From assembly GCA_002633005.1 (NCBI GenBank), contig NMRA01000109.1, forward strand, positions 594,624-658,623: a DNA stretch of 64,000 nt. The letters are read 5' to 3'. This stretch comes from Phoronis australis. Taxonomy: Eukaryota; Animalia; Phoronida. Below, one piece after another: positions 52,538 through 64,000 of this stretch; within the stretch, counting starts at the first letter, position 1; each line of letters starts with the position of its first letter. The notes under the pieces were generated by a model. It saw only the letters and a list, made by a program, of their open reading frames with translations, did not search any database and had not been told where the DNA came from. The translations under genes were made by a program, and so were the position numbers.

Positions 52538-52712
52538 GTTTCTGCCATCGACCAAGACATCGGGCTCAATGGTGAAGTACGCTACTTCATCTTGGACGGT
52601 GACAAAGGCAAGTTCCGCATTCACAAGAGGAGTGGGCAAATCTTTGTCAGACAAGCATTTGATGAGAAGAATAGTAACATCTACACGCTCAAAGTACAGG
52701 CTCAAGATCGAG
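52538..52712 (+). CDS. FAT1: Fat-like cadherin exon (175 nt)
   Basis: ttaaag|GTT..CGAG|gtaagc; VSAIDQDIGLNGEVRY...AQDRG; phase 0 to 1. Confidence 0.93.
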
Positions 52713-53316
52713 GTAAGCATAGTATAATTGTTGTAGGGAGTCGTAGTTTGATAACTTTTTTCTGACTGTTGCGAAATCGGGGTTGGTAAGATTTGCCTGT
52801 TACAACAAACTCATTGCAAGCAATCTTGGCGTCTGCTAGTCTAAGAAAAAATAGTGATTTCTTTTCTTGTTGATTATCTGTCAATTTTTCTCATAGTTCA
52901 CCAGTCCTGCACAATCTTCTGATCACTTGAAATGGAGCCATTTTGGTATTGTGGGTAGGGATACGAGCATCGTCTTGTGTTATCTTAGCAAATTGTCAAG
53001 ATGTTCACCACACTGATCTCGTTCCTGACATGTATGGTTCAAGCACTGTATCGTTGAAGTTCACAACTATTTATAGATGTGGAGTTTTTACATGGTTTCA
53101 GTGATGGGGTAGATAGCACTTCAATGGATTTATTTGCATGCTTCCATAGTTTGTCATGGAAATGTTTGAAGAACCTAAACCAGGCAAAAATGAAGCAGTT
53201 GAATACGGAGAATTGGGTTGAAGGACACCAATTGGCAGTCCACCACATTTGGCATCTTTGCATAATTAGCTGAATATACTCTAGAGTCTTTTTTTTAATG
53301 TTATTTGTCTGTCCAG

Positions 53317-53541
53317 GTTTGACTCCCCTGAAAGCGGTGACCTATGTGACAGTGCGTGTGCTGGACCAACTGTCCCCCGTCTTCAAACAGCCGTACTATT
53401 CCTTCTCCATACCAGAGAACGTGCCTCTCCACCATATTGTCTCTAGCGACCTTGAGGCGGACAGTGCGACCTCATCTAAGTTGATATACTCAATAACTGA
53501 TGGTGATATCTATGATGAGTTTGCAGTTGACTTCAGCGCAG
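53317..53541 (+). CDS. FAT1: Fat-like cadherin exon (225 nt)
   Basis: gtccag|GT..GCAG|gtatga; LDQLSPVFKQPYYSFSIPEN...EFAVDFSA; phase 1 to 1. Confidence 0.93.
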
Positions 53542-54118
53542 GTATGATGTATTAAAATGGAATAAATGCTATGTTTTGCAAGTGAATTGTTATAGTGTGT
53601 CACTGGAAAATGGTGTAATTTACTCTTCACGTCTGTCTAGCTAATAGCTTGTCTGTCAAAACATATTTTTTCATCACACAATGACTGAATGTATCTGGAA
53701 TTTCAAGTGAGATTGAAAACTTGGGTGAAGCAATTTTTTTATTCTTGTTTCTTAAGATTTATACTCCTGGCCTCAGAATGACTTAAAATCAGTGTTCCAC
53801 ACAGGAATAGAGTGGAAATTTAAATACTGTTCATAACTGAACTTTAAAGCTGCCACTTTGAATACATATTTCTGGATTGTGACTGTTGCCATGGTGGTGA
53901 CTTACAGCAAAAAGCAAACCTTGCATAAAATTTACGTCAACGCATTTGATGTCTTGAAACTCTCTGGTTGAGAGTTATGTGATTTGACAGACATGCGTTC
54001 TCTTCACCATGTTTGGTTGTGTAGAGTGTGTGCAGTTATCTCAAGAGTTTGAATCTGTTTGTGACACGTAACGTGAAATAGATTAACATTTCACCGCGTT
54101 TTCTCTCACTACATGCAG

Positions 54119-54139
54119 ACATGAACACATTCGGTCCAT
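54119..54139 (+). CDS. Candidate 21-nt alternative microexon of the Fat-like cadherin (DMNTFGPC replaces G)
   Basis: Pyrimidine tract ttttctctcactacatgcag, then ACATGAACACATTCGGTCCAT, then a consensus gtaagt donor. Length is divisible by 3, phase 1-1 matches the flanking exons, and there is no stop. Confidence 0.7.
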
Positions 54140-56312
54140 GTAAGTATTGCACCTGGTCTTGTCACGTTCAGCTTAACAGCACACGTTGTTCATTCATTGT
54201 TGCTTTCTTGGTTTCTATTGTTATGTTTGACCTTCACCTTGCATGGACTTTTCTTGTAATTGTGTCTGCCATTTCGGCCATTTTGTTTCCTTAAAAGTAA
54301 CGTTAAGTAGGACGTTATTAACAAATTTGTATTTGCTCAAATATCAATAGAACTACACATTTTAACTGAATAAAAGTACATATTTTCTGAGAGTACAAAA
54401 ACTTTTGGATTTGATCTCTTACTTTTTAGCAATCTGCCATCAATTGGGTCATATGATTATGTTTTTTGATAAAATTTAGGAATGAAAAAAGGCACATTGA
54501 CATCAAAACACCAATATCAATAACATGACCAAATTTCGTTTTGGTATAATTGTTTTGATATAAGTGTTGGAGATGAAATCTTAAAAACGTTGTTAGAGTT
54601 TTCTAAAATATATTTTTTTTTGTTTGATTCAACTTTTGAGTTTCTTCGTGTAAACCATAGACGTCTTATTTTCAAAAATGAAAAAGCTTACCCTGATTCC
54701 TAACAGCGTTATGGAGAGCAATGCAAGAAGCATAATATCTGAAAGTTTCATATATATCTGAGTAGCCATTTCTCAGATATGATGTTCTGAGGTTACCCAA
54801 CAGTTTTGTAGGAGTTAGTGTTTTGCCTCTCAGTTTGTCGTCATCTTTGTCATCATCTTGTACAAAATCCAATATATGTCTCTTTCGTGGCCTCAGCCAG
54901 ATGTTTTTGTTGTCTGTTTTGTTTGACTTTTGGACTGTCATCCCTTCAAACTCCCATTTTTTCACCAAATATGATATTTGACAATAATTTATCATAATCA
55001 CAGTCTTGCCCTTTTGTCTTCACTCTTCTGTTGAAGTAATTGCCATAATCTGTTAGCAAGTCTTGGTATGGTGTCTCGGTACATCTTGTACATTCCTGCG
55101 TTGTGAAGAGGAAAAGGTTTGCAGAACTGGCTTGAGTAGATGCAAGAATCTCGAGAAAGACGCTATTGTAATCACGTGCTTTGCTTGAAATGCATGGTGA
55201 TGTCTCACAGACACGAATGTGATCTTGCATTTTCGCGAGGGTACCACATCTGTGGAATGGGTACCTGCTATTTTTGAGCTTAGCATTTTAATAATTCAAT
55301 CTTCTGGAGTATTCCGTGCACACCTGAGGTGAATGTTTCGTGGTATTCCCTAGATGACATGAATGGCTATATGACTAACTGCTTGTTGCTGGGTTGTCAT
55401 TTTGTAACAACAGTGGCATGTCAATACATAATTCATGCGTCACTTTAGCTGTTTTTGCTCCCACTTACTAAATGCTTTGAGCTTCATATAGCCCAGTTAT
55501 GAACAGAACTGAGAGTTTAAGGCTATCCACAACTGCGTAGTGTTGTAATTACTTGGCGTGGTGTGCTGCTCATTCAAAGTTTTGGGCTAAACTAGCAGTG
55601 GCTCGGCTATTTGGCTCAGTGAGCTGCTTATAGGTCATTGGGTGTTTCTTGTTTGCTTTTTCTGTTGATGGTTCCTGAGGTTAGTTCTGTGAAACCGTGG
55701 ATTGTAGGCTGTAATCAATCTGCTCTACTGTTCTTCTGTACAAGATCCACCAAACTTCTTACTCAAAGCATGTTCACAGCCACATTTACTGTATCCGTGA
55801 TTGCAATTTCATGGTGACTGTGTGCACCATCATAAGATAACAGCATGTCTCACCAGCACTGGTTTTATACCTCTGGGATAATGTCAGTTTGCATACCATT
55901 AATTTTTATTTGATACAAGAAGGTTTACGTCAATATCTGTGTTATAATTAAAATTAAGAACATCCTGTGTCAAATGTTCATGTCACTGTGGCATGCCCTA
56001 CAACAAAGGGTGCTAGCTTGAAAAATTCAATCTCATCGATGTTGGTCTTTTTACGTTTTAATTTGCATTTTACTGTAATTGCTGTTTACTTAATTTGGTC
56101 CTCTATTGCCCCCACCCCTGGAAGCCAGATCTGTCTCTTTCTGAATACCTTCTCGGTTCATCAGGGCTACACATGTGGTGGAAGGTAGATAATCTTTGTA
56201 GTTTTCTTGGTGAGATTTTATTCATATAATTGTATGTTATGTCACAAACTGAGCTTACATGTTTTAGGTGAAATTGCCTCTGTTCTCTCAACTCAGTATT
56301 TTAATTTTTCAG

Positions 56313-56434
56313 GTTACCTCAAAGTTATTGACACTCTAGACCATGAGATGAGAAGCCAATACGATCTGATCATAAGAGCCACCGACGCCATCTCTGGAGC
56401 ATACTCAGAAGTTCCTGTCCGTGTCGAAATTGAG
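56313..56434 (+). CDS. FAT1: Fat-like cadherin exon (122 nt)
   Basis: tttttcag|GT..GAG|gtgtgc; YLKVIDTLDHE...RATDAISG; phase 1 to 0. Confidence 0.93.
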
Positions 56435-57064
56435 GTGTGCATTTCATTTACATATTTAATATTTTATTTTTTGTGTTTTATTGGTTTTTTACCTTTGAAT
56501 AGGTTTGGCTTTTTATCCCTCTTATAATAATATGATATTTTTTGAAAACTGCTAAATTTGTCTATTCGTTGTGTTTTCCTCTTTCCTCATTAAAAGAGTT
56601 TCCTGTTTCACCATGGACAGCAAACAACTTCTAATTTACCCTATTTGTGGGTACAAGTACACTCCCAAGTTATAAGCCCATCACCTACTTGTGTGTTACT
56701 CTCATACAGAGGGGAGTAAGTTTTGATTTCCCATGTATTAGTCCACCTGCTCAGGTAATATCCCACCACATCTTACCTTTCAGTAACTGTCTAATCAATC
56801 TCTTTTCACTTGTGCCCTATTGATAGGCATGATTACACAAAGATACCTAGGAAAACACATTACAACTGAGCATATTCATCAAATGTGTGATACCAAGACT
56901 ACTGTGTTTATGTAGGAGTGAATAGTGCAAGTCCTGCGTTTGTACTCAAAAGTCCAGTGTAAGCCCAGCTGAGTGTAAGACCACATCCTCTTTTGGAGCT
57001 CCTGAATGGACATGATATCCTATTATTTTTTTAATGCATTTTCTTATGTGCTGCTTTGTTGCAG

Positions 57065-58096
57065 GACGTGAATGACCAAGCTCCATCTTTTGAGCGCCTT
57101 GTGTACCATGCTGAGGTGTCGGAAGCCATCATGCCTGGCAGTTCGGTGCTGAGTATCAAAGCAATTGATGAAGACTCTGGAGCCAACAAGGTGATCACGT
57201 ATCAACTAGAAGAGGCCCAGCTAGGATCTAATGACAGCGACTACTTCTACATCGATCAGACAACTGGCGTAATCTTCACAAGACACGCTCTTGACTATGA
57301 GCTGCGCAAAAAACATCACTTTGTTGTGCGTGCTGAGGACAGTGGGAACCCTCCACTGTCATCTGCTGCTCATGTCCACGTGACCATCTCTGACCTCAAT
57401 GACAACCCACCCCAGTTCACGCGTGCTGAGTATGACTGCTCAGTGTCGGACATCGCTACCAGAGGGCAGTTTGTGGTGATGGTGTCAGCATTTGATCCTG
57501 ATGCTACTGATGCTCTCTTGCTAATGTACACGATTGTTGGTGGCAATGAGAAACGAATTTTCAATATTGACAGCACAAAAGGAATTATCTCACTTTCGAA
57601 CCTTGGTCGAACAATTTTGCACAATACATATCATCTCAATGTGTCAGTCAGCGATGGCGTGTACACAAACTTTGCCCAGGTCAATGTGAGGGTGATTCCT
57701 TCTAATCACTATGCTCCCGCATTTGAACAGGTCGCTTACGAAATCGAGGTTGAGGAGAGCGTTGACGTCGGGTCTGTAGTTGGTCAGTTTGTCGCCTTCG
57801 ACAATGACGAGGGTTACTTTGGCAAAGTCAATTACTCCATCACCTCTGATCAGCTTCAGAAAGTGTTCCATCTTGATGCTACCTCTGGTGAGCTGACGGT
57901 AGTCGAGCCTCTTGACCGAGAGAGGCGCGACGAGTACGAAATTCCCATCATGGCCACCGACAACGGTGGAGACAGTGGGTTCGCACTGATCCGTGTCAAG
58001 GTTATTGATGTCAACGACAACCCACCTGAGTTCCAACAGAGGGACTACAAGGCAAATGTGATATTCTCGGCCAAACCAGGGACAGTTGTCGTCAAG
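57065..58096 (+). CDS. FAT1: Fat-like cadherin exon (1032 nt)
   Basis: ttgcag|GAC..AAG|gtaact; DVNDQAP...DLNDNPP...DVNDNPP; phase 0 to 0. Confidence 0.95.
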
Positions 58097-58423
58097 GTAA
58101 CTATCAACATAGTGTTGTTGTCTTTGTGCACTCAAATGTCACTCTTACCCAGTTTGGTCCTGCACTGTAGCGAATGATTTGTGATTATTTTAGTAACTGA
58201 CTCAATCTTAACATTCCTTGCCGCAAACTTGTAAAAGGACTCTTTGCCATGCTCCTATAACGAAATATCCTTTCAAGTTCAATCACTGAACACATAAAAG
58301 TAGGTCACATATGTGAGTGTCCACGTGCATCACTAAGTGAACAAGACACGAACATTAATTTTTTAATGTTTTTGCTCCTCTTGTGTGTGCCCTGTTGTTA
58401 TCTGTGTTACCTTTTATCTTCAG

Positions 58424-58568
58424 GTTCACGCACGAGACAAGGATGTGGGCAACAATACGGCGTTTGAATACAGCTTTTCCACGGGCACCCAGCAGGCAGT
58501 CACCTCTTTATTTGCTCTAAACAAAGACAATGGCGAGATAAGAGTTGTAGCCAGCCTGGCCAACTATA
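58424..58568 (+). CDS. FAT1: Fat-like cadherin exon (145 nt)
   Basis: cttcag|GTT..TATA|gtatgt; VHARDKDVGNN...NGEI; phase 0 to 1. Confidence 0.9.
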
Positions 58569-58904
58569 GTATGTTGCTTCCGTTATTTGCAAAATTTGTA
58601 ATACCTAGCTCATTGCGGCGTGTTGCTGCTTTTGAAATACACACACTATGATTGCTGTCAGTGCACATTCTGATTTCTCAGCTTTAGAAAAAGGATTGCT
58701 ATTTAACATGTGACCTTAAATCATAGCTCTTGCATGATCTGTTGTGGAATAGGTTATGAATTTCTTAAAACATTGTGCTGTCCAATTTTGTTCTGATTGA
58801 GCATAATGTTCAATTTGGTTTTGATAGCACAATGCTAAATTATGCTCAAGTCTGTAGTCAGGTGCTGAAAATGGTTGTTATTATCTCCGTGTTTGTCCTT
58901 GCAG

Positions 58905-59959
58905 CTGGTGAACTCTTCCAGTTCTTTGTGACAGCTGAGGACAGGAGTTCTCTGCGGGACAATGTACCCATCGACCTCTATGTGATGGGACGAGGAGATG
59001 CGCCGCCGCAGTTTGCCAAGGATCACTTTTCCTTCTTCATCCTGGAGAATATGTCACCAGGATACACCGTGGCTACTTTGACCGCCACCACCAGCGTTGT
59101 TCCAGTCACTTACAGCATTGTCCCTGGACGTAGCCCTGAGTTCAACTCTGACGGAATGTTTGGGATTGATGAGGAAGGAAACATTAAGATTGTGAAGGAA
59201 CTTGATGCTGACACTGTGGATATGTATAATTTCACGGTGCGGGCTAGTACTGTGACGACACCACCGTTGGTGGCCGAGGCCGGTGTTGTAATCAAGACCA
59301 TGGATATCAATGATAATGCACCGACGTTTGGTTCAAACATCTACGTAGCTAGCGTGAATGAAAACACCGCAGTTGGTACACGTGTCATCAAAGTAAGTGC
59401 CAATGATAATGATGATGGCTCTAATGCTGACTTGTCTTATGCATTTGCACCGGGTTCTGAAGCCGATGCAAGGGTCTTCACCATTGACCAGGAAACAGGC
59501 TGGATATCGACCATCTCAGAGTTGGACCGTGAGACACAGGCGATGTACACAATACAGATTTTGGCTACTGATCGGGGCGCCAAGAAACTGACTGGCTCCT
59601 GCGAGGTACATGTGGACATATTGGACCACAATGACTCCCCACCTGTCTTCACGCGTGAAGTCTACTCAGGAGCCATAAATGAGGATGCATTACCTGGCAA
59701 CATCATTGTCACCATAGCGACCACCGACCTTGACCAGGGTAGTCACGCTGACGTCCGCTACTACATCACTGGTGGCGACCCTCTTGGACAATTTAACATT
59801 CAAGATGATGGCCAGGTGTTTGTGGCAAAACCTCTAGACCGAGAGACAAAGTCTCATTACAACCTGGAGGTAACCGCCACAGATGGAGCTCATGTTGGCA
59901 AAGCACAGATAGACATTGTCATCTTGGACGCCAACGATAACTCACCTGTCTGTGAAGAG
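58905..59959 (+). CDS. FAT1: Fat-like cadherin exon (1055 nt)
   Basis: ttgcag|CT..GAG|gtaatt; LFQFFVTAED...LDANDNSPVCEE; phase 1 to 0. Confidence 0.94.
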
Positions 59960-60344
59960 GTAATTTTTACTTACTAAGGTGATGTAAGGTACCATTGGGT
60001 TCAGACTGTGTTGTTGAGTCATTGCTTAAAGTTATGTAGGCTTTAGAAAAATGCCAAAACTTGACTAATTTCACAACATATCTCAGAAATGGTTGATCGG
60101 ATTCGAATAAAATCAAAAATCAAATTCTGCATCTTTTGGATGTTCACAAAATGTTTTTTATTAGGTTAAAATCTAGTTTTATGGATATTTGGCTAAACAC
60201 ACAGGCTTGGCCAGTAAGGGCATAAAAACCTGTATTTCTTACAAGAGCAGATCCCTGTTATACTCTAGTTCCTCATCTCTGTAAGTATGTCAGTTGCTGT
60301 GGATAATCTGGTAGAACATGACATGCCTTAAATGGTGATTTCAG

Positions 60345-60504
60345 CCTTTATACCAAGTGCTGGTAAAAGAGTCGCAACCGGAGGGCACATTCATTCTACG
60401 GGTCAAGGCCACGGACTTGGACGAGCCGACTACGCGTAACGTGCGTATTGCATACAGCATCATGGGCGACGGTGCTGAGATGTTCACCATGCACAGGGCC
60501 ACAG
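60345..60504 (+). CDS. FAT1: Fat-like cadherin exon (160 nt; absent from the ORF track)
   Basis: tttcag|CCT..ACAG|gtgggt; PLYQVLVKESQPEGTFILRVKATDLDEP; phase 0 to 1. Confidence 0.92.
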
Positions 60505-60540
60505 GTGGGTGGAATGCGGTGCTTCCTTAAAGACACATGT

Positions 60541-60776
60541 TTGTGAAATCTCACCAAATTTGGACAAAAACAATGACAATATTATGTTCATTTTCCAAGG
60601 GCTTCTGATATTCCAATGAATTCCTTCAATTTTGTATATAGCGCATGGTTCTAGATACTTATTATAATGGATATCGAAAACAGTAAGCCTTAATCTGCAG
60701 TATCTTATGAAAAATATGAAATATGAGAAGTACACTTGACCATTGCTTTGAGTCCTCAATTTGAGAGATTTTACTT
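60541..60776 (-). mobile_element. MITE family A copy, reverse orientation
   Basis: GTGAAATCTCACCAAATTTGGAC ... GTCCTCAATTTGAGAGATTTTAC termini; internal CCCTTGGAAAATG on the minus strand. Confidence 0.65.
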
Positions 60777-61018
60777 TACCGTTTACAAGAGCGAGGACTG
60801 GGCAAAATTCTGATTTACAGCCTTTTTATCGAATGTCACAGCAGATTTTCAGCCAGTTCTCTGATTTGTGAACTTTTTAAAGTAAACCCTAATATACATG
60901 AGTTTGACAAATTTGTGCGTAAAATGTTTTGTCGACTGTTGAGTGATTTTCATGCCAGGTATGGGGTTAACCTTCGTTGTGGTGATAAGTGTTGTCATGG
61001 TAAGTGTTGTTTTGGCAG

Positions 61019-61252
61019 GTATAATGACTACTGCCCGCGTCCTCGACCGTGAGGAAAAGCCGGAATATCACTTGATTATGCGAGCAGCAGACGGCGGTGG
61101 GCAGTACTGTGAGGCAGACGTCTACGTAACCCTGGAGGACATCAATGACAATGTGCCGCGATTCACCAGTCACGTGTACAATGTGAAAGTGGCGGAGAAC
61201 TCGAGTGTCAACACATTGCTCACCAGGGTGTCAGCCATCGATGACGACTTGG
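61019..61252 (+). CDS. FAT1: Fat-like cadherin exon (234 nt)
   Basis: tggcag|GT..TTGG|gtgagt; LDREEKPEY...EDINDNVP...LLTRVSAIDDDL; phase 1 to 1. Confidence 0.94.
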
Positions 61253-61791
61253 GTGAGTGGATTTTCCTTTGAACATAGCGACAACTGGTTTTGGTGTGTC
61301 ATTTCAATTTGAAATCCAGTATTGGCTTTAGGCAAATATTGAATTGACGTTCTGGATTGGGCAGGTATTGGAATTTGATAATAACTATTAGGAAAGAGGT
61401 CCGAGTTGAGAAAGTTACTTTTAACTTACATTTTGTTCCAACTGTCCTTCAATACTGAATGCTTTGCTTAACTCCGCAGTGCTTTTGTATCTGTTCAGTT
61501 ATTCATTGTGCAAAAGCAATCTAGGGTATATTCTTAAACAGCTTAAACATGGTGATGTAGTGATGTCCTGGCTATTGATCTATTTACACCAACCTCTAGT
61601 CTTCTTTCATTGGCAAAAATTTAATGCAAATCATTTGTCCGGCCGTCTCCAAAAAGTCAGAGCCTTGAAGAAGGGTAGGTGGCCCAAAAGGTTTACTTAT
61701 AGAAGTTTTAGATTGAGTTGGACATCCTTCCCAGTTTTAACATTGCTTCCCATATCAACTTTGTTGTAACGCTTTATATAATGTCCCGTAG

Positions 61792-61940
61792 GTCTAAACC
61801 GTAAGATCCGTTACCACCTGCTGGACTCCATGGGTGGTCAGTTCAAGATGGACGCCAACAGTGGTATCATTAGCCTTGGCAAGAAGCTGGACTTCGAGAC
61901 CCACAAGTACTACAACTTGACTGTCAGGGCCTCTGATAGA
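61792..61940 (+). CDS. FAT1: Fat-like cadherin exon (149 nt)
   Basis: ccgtag|GT..AGA|gtgagt; GLNRKIRYHLLDS...LDFETHKYYNLTVRASDR; phase 1 to 0. Confidence 0.93.
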
Positions 61941-62129
61941 GTGAGTCTTTTGAACTTTTCTTTATTTGATGCCCGTGTTATAAAACTTCTGATGCCATTA
62001 ATGATTTACTTAACCGGTCCTAGATGGTCTTTCAAACGCTTTTCATCAAAAATTGTCAAACTGAAACTCTGTGTATATTTCGTGTACTTTAAAAATGGAA
62101 TTGGACTGTCAGTGATCTGTCAGCTTGTC

Positions 62130-62319
62130 AATCACAGCATTTATACTTTTGGTGTTTCCCCAGTATACTTCATTAAATAAAACCACATCTCATATGAGCG
62201 GCATTTTAACTAATCACAGCATTAATGCTTCTGATGATGGGGTGGACCTTAGTGTATTAATCTCAACATTTATACTTGTGATGTTTCTCCAGTACACTTC
62301 ATCAATTAAATCACGTCTT
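62130..62319. repeat. Diverged ~60-bp direct repeat, about 129-bp spacing
   Basis: AATCACAGCATTTATACTTTTGGTGTTTCCCCAGTATACTTCAT vs AATCTCAACATTTATACTTGTGATGTTTCTCCAGTACACTTCAT. Confidence 0.75.
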
Positions 62320-62405
62320 GTGATGGAGTAGAGGTTACCTTATCAAAGCTGCTGCCAACTGTTCAATCACAGTATCTGATCTGGTGCCATTACTGCCATT
62401 TTCAG

Positions 62406-62643
62406 GGTGCCCCTCAACAGACTTCAACAGCCAATGTCATCGTCCGTGTGTTGGACGTCAATGACAACACCCCCGAGTTTGAACGCAACAAGTACAAGAC
62501 AAGAATGCGTGAGAATGTGAGGCCTGTGGCTGACATAATACAAGTGATGGCTACTAGCCGGGATTCTGGCGTGAATGCTGAGATCACATACTCCATTGTT
62601 GGCGGCAATGATCACAGCAAGTTTAAGATAGACCGACGGACAG
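62406..62643 (+). CDS. FAT1: Fat-like cadherin exon (238 nt)
   Basis: tttcag|GGT..ACAG|gtttgt; GAPQQTS...LDVNDNTPEF...ATSRDSGVNAEITYSI; phase 0 to 1. Confidence 0.93.
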
Positions 62644-62931
62644 GTTTGTGAAAGTTCTTCTCATGTTTGCTGATTAAAGAGAAAATTGTCGGCCATTTTG
62701 TGAAGGGAAATTGTGTTAAGCTTTCTATGTAACCGCTAAGTGTGGTTTGGTGGAATAATAGTTACATGTAGTTGCATTAACTTGAGTAAAACTATTAATT
62801 ACCTTAATTGGCAATTAGTTTCAAAGATTTAAATGATTTAAGGTTTGCTATTGATATTTTTAGTTTGCGCAGCCAACGAACTTTGATGGCTATTGCCCCA
62901 ATGTAGTAGTTTCTTGTAACTATATTTGCAG

Positions 62932-63143
62932 GTCACATTCAACTTATCTCCCCTGTGGACTACGATCAAGGTGAACGGGAATTCTTCCTCACTGTACAGG
63001 CCAACACACCCTCGCTTAGCAACACCACGATAGTCGAGATACAGGTGCTGGACTCCAATGACAACCCACCTGTATTTGCTAAACCGATCTATGAGAAGAT
63101 TGTGGTCCTCGAGGATGCCGTACCTGGGGATACAGTCTTACAG
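62932..63143 (+). CDS. FAT1: Fat-like cadherin exon (212 nt)
   Basis: ttgcag|GT..CAG|gtatgt; VDYDQGEREFFLTVQA...LDSNDNPP; phase 1 to 0. Confidence 0.93.
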
Positions 63144-63589
63144 GTATGTTGATGTGAAAAGGGTCGCTGATTGTTTTGAAATACATGTTGAATGTCCAAA
63201 ATAGAACCAGAGATGTCAGCACTGAATTATGAGTGCATTTCAGATTATAAAGATATTTGGACAAAACGATGTGTGTGAAGGTAGCAGCTTTCGGTATTTA
63301 GTATGGGCTTTAGAGTCACTTTCATAACTCCTTGTCCTAGTTCGGTAAATTTCTTCAGCATTGGACAAAAGTAATTATGGACACTTTTTGTTTTTTCAAG
63401 GACTTGATACATTGCTGCAATTGCCCATTTTACCAAATGTTGATTGCTGTTAGCAATGCTTACAATGTTATAGAAAATCATGTCATCTTTTTTTGACGAA
63501 GTAATCTTTCAGTTTCCTACCGAATTGTGTCCAAAATTTATCTTCTTCACGAATACTGCTTCTAAAAGGTTTTCTTTGTAACCCATCAG

Positions 63590-63727
63590 CTTCAAGCCAG
63601 TGATCGGGACAGTCCAGCCAATTCCAAAATTACATACAGCATCACCGACGGCGATGACCTGGGTCAATTTGACATCGACTCAGACAATGGTTACATTACT
63701 GTAGCCAAACCACTGGACAGAGAAACT
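63590..63727 (+). CDS. FAT1: Fat-like cadherin exon (138 nt; absent from the ORF track)
   Basis: catcag|CTT..ACT|gtaagt; LQASDRDSPANSKITYSI...KPLDRET; phase 0 to 0. Confidence 0.93.
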
Positions 63728-63815
63728 GTAAGTAAATTTATTGCATACTAACTAATCTAGACTTTCTAAAATGTTTGATAATTTTATATGTTTAGTGGCT
63801 TGTAATGCTTATGTT

Positions 63816-63906
63816 GTCACGCGCATATATGTACATGTTCACGTGCACATACATATGTACGTACACGTACATCTATGTATGTATATGTACATATGTATAT
63901 GTGCAT
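63816..63906. repeat. Degenerate alternating purine-pyrimidine (TA/CA/TG) low-complexity tract
   Basis: cacgcgcatatatgtacatg...catacatatgtacgtacacgtacat...tatgtatgtatatgtacatatgtatatgtgcat. Confidence 0.8.
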
Positions 63907-64000
63907 TATGCTTTCATTTATGTGCACTGTCTCGTGGATTTTGTTTTCACTGTTACTCGGTGGCGTTAGAATTTTTTGATAAAAGTCGACAGACCATTTT

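Larger units (their letters stand above)
11621..63727 (+). other. FAT1: Fat1/2/3-type (Fat-like/kugelei) protocadherin gene, 5' part: 23 constitutive coding exons, 3' end outside window
   Basis: Hand-spliced ORF of 10,254 nt with consistent phases at all 22 GT-AG introns. About 31.5 cadherin repeats with PE, LDRE/LDYE, AxDxG and DxNDNxP motifs. The N-terminal repeat (FTQVIYNATIAEN..KTYV..MGI..FCFLLLRTKT..LNRE) and the VNENLYKP linker are characteristic of the Fat1/2/3 group rather than Fat4/Dachsous. The symbol denotes the subfamily, not strict 1:1 orthology. Confidence 0.93.

Noticed and set aside
54290-54800. AT-rich transposon-like sequence (similar-looking blocks near 37.3, 40.0, 46.0, 48.2 and 60.1 kb)
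   Set aside because: Probably old non-autonomous elements, but I could not define termini or family by eye

Overview
Eukaryotic, AT-rich, MITE-dense genomic DNA. It looks like a bilaterian invertebrate, but the species cannot be read from the sequence. The window is dominated by one + strand gene, a Fat1/2/3-type (Fat-like/kugelei) giant protocadherin. I traced 23 GT-AG exons by hand from the Kozak ATG at 11621 to 63727. All splice phases are consistent, giving 10,254 nt or 3,418 aa: a signal peptide plus about 31.5 cadherin repeats. The gene continues past the window, and 1-11595 is probably intron 1. Main observations: (1) a frame-preserving 21-nt microexon (54119-54139) that inserts a Cys-ending peptide into about the 21st cadherin repeat; (2) two Penelope-like retroelement remnants with minimal hammerhead ribozyme motifs in the sense orientation of the pre-mRNA, one with a 13-bp target-site duplication (TSD); (3) an internally deleted Harbinger transposon that retains its transposase N-terminus; (4) a nested MITE insertion supported by empty paralogous sites; (5) several other MITEs, a tRNA-derived SINE and minisatellites; (6) a probable allelic-duplication assembly artefact around the single N at 32256. 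No prokaryotic-type system, CRISPR array, rRNA or tRNA gene is evident.
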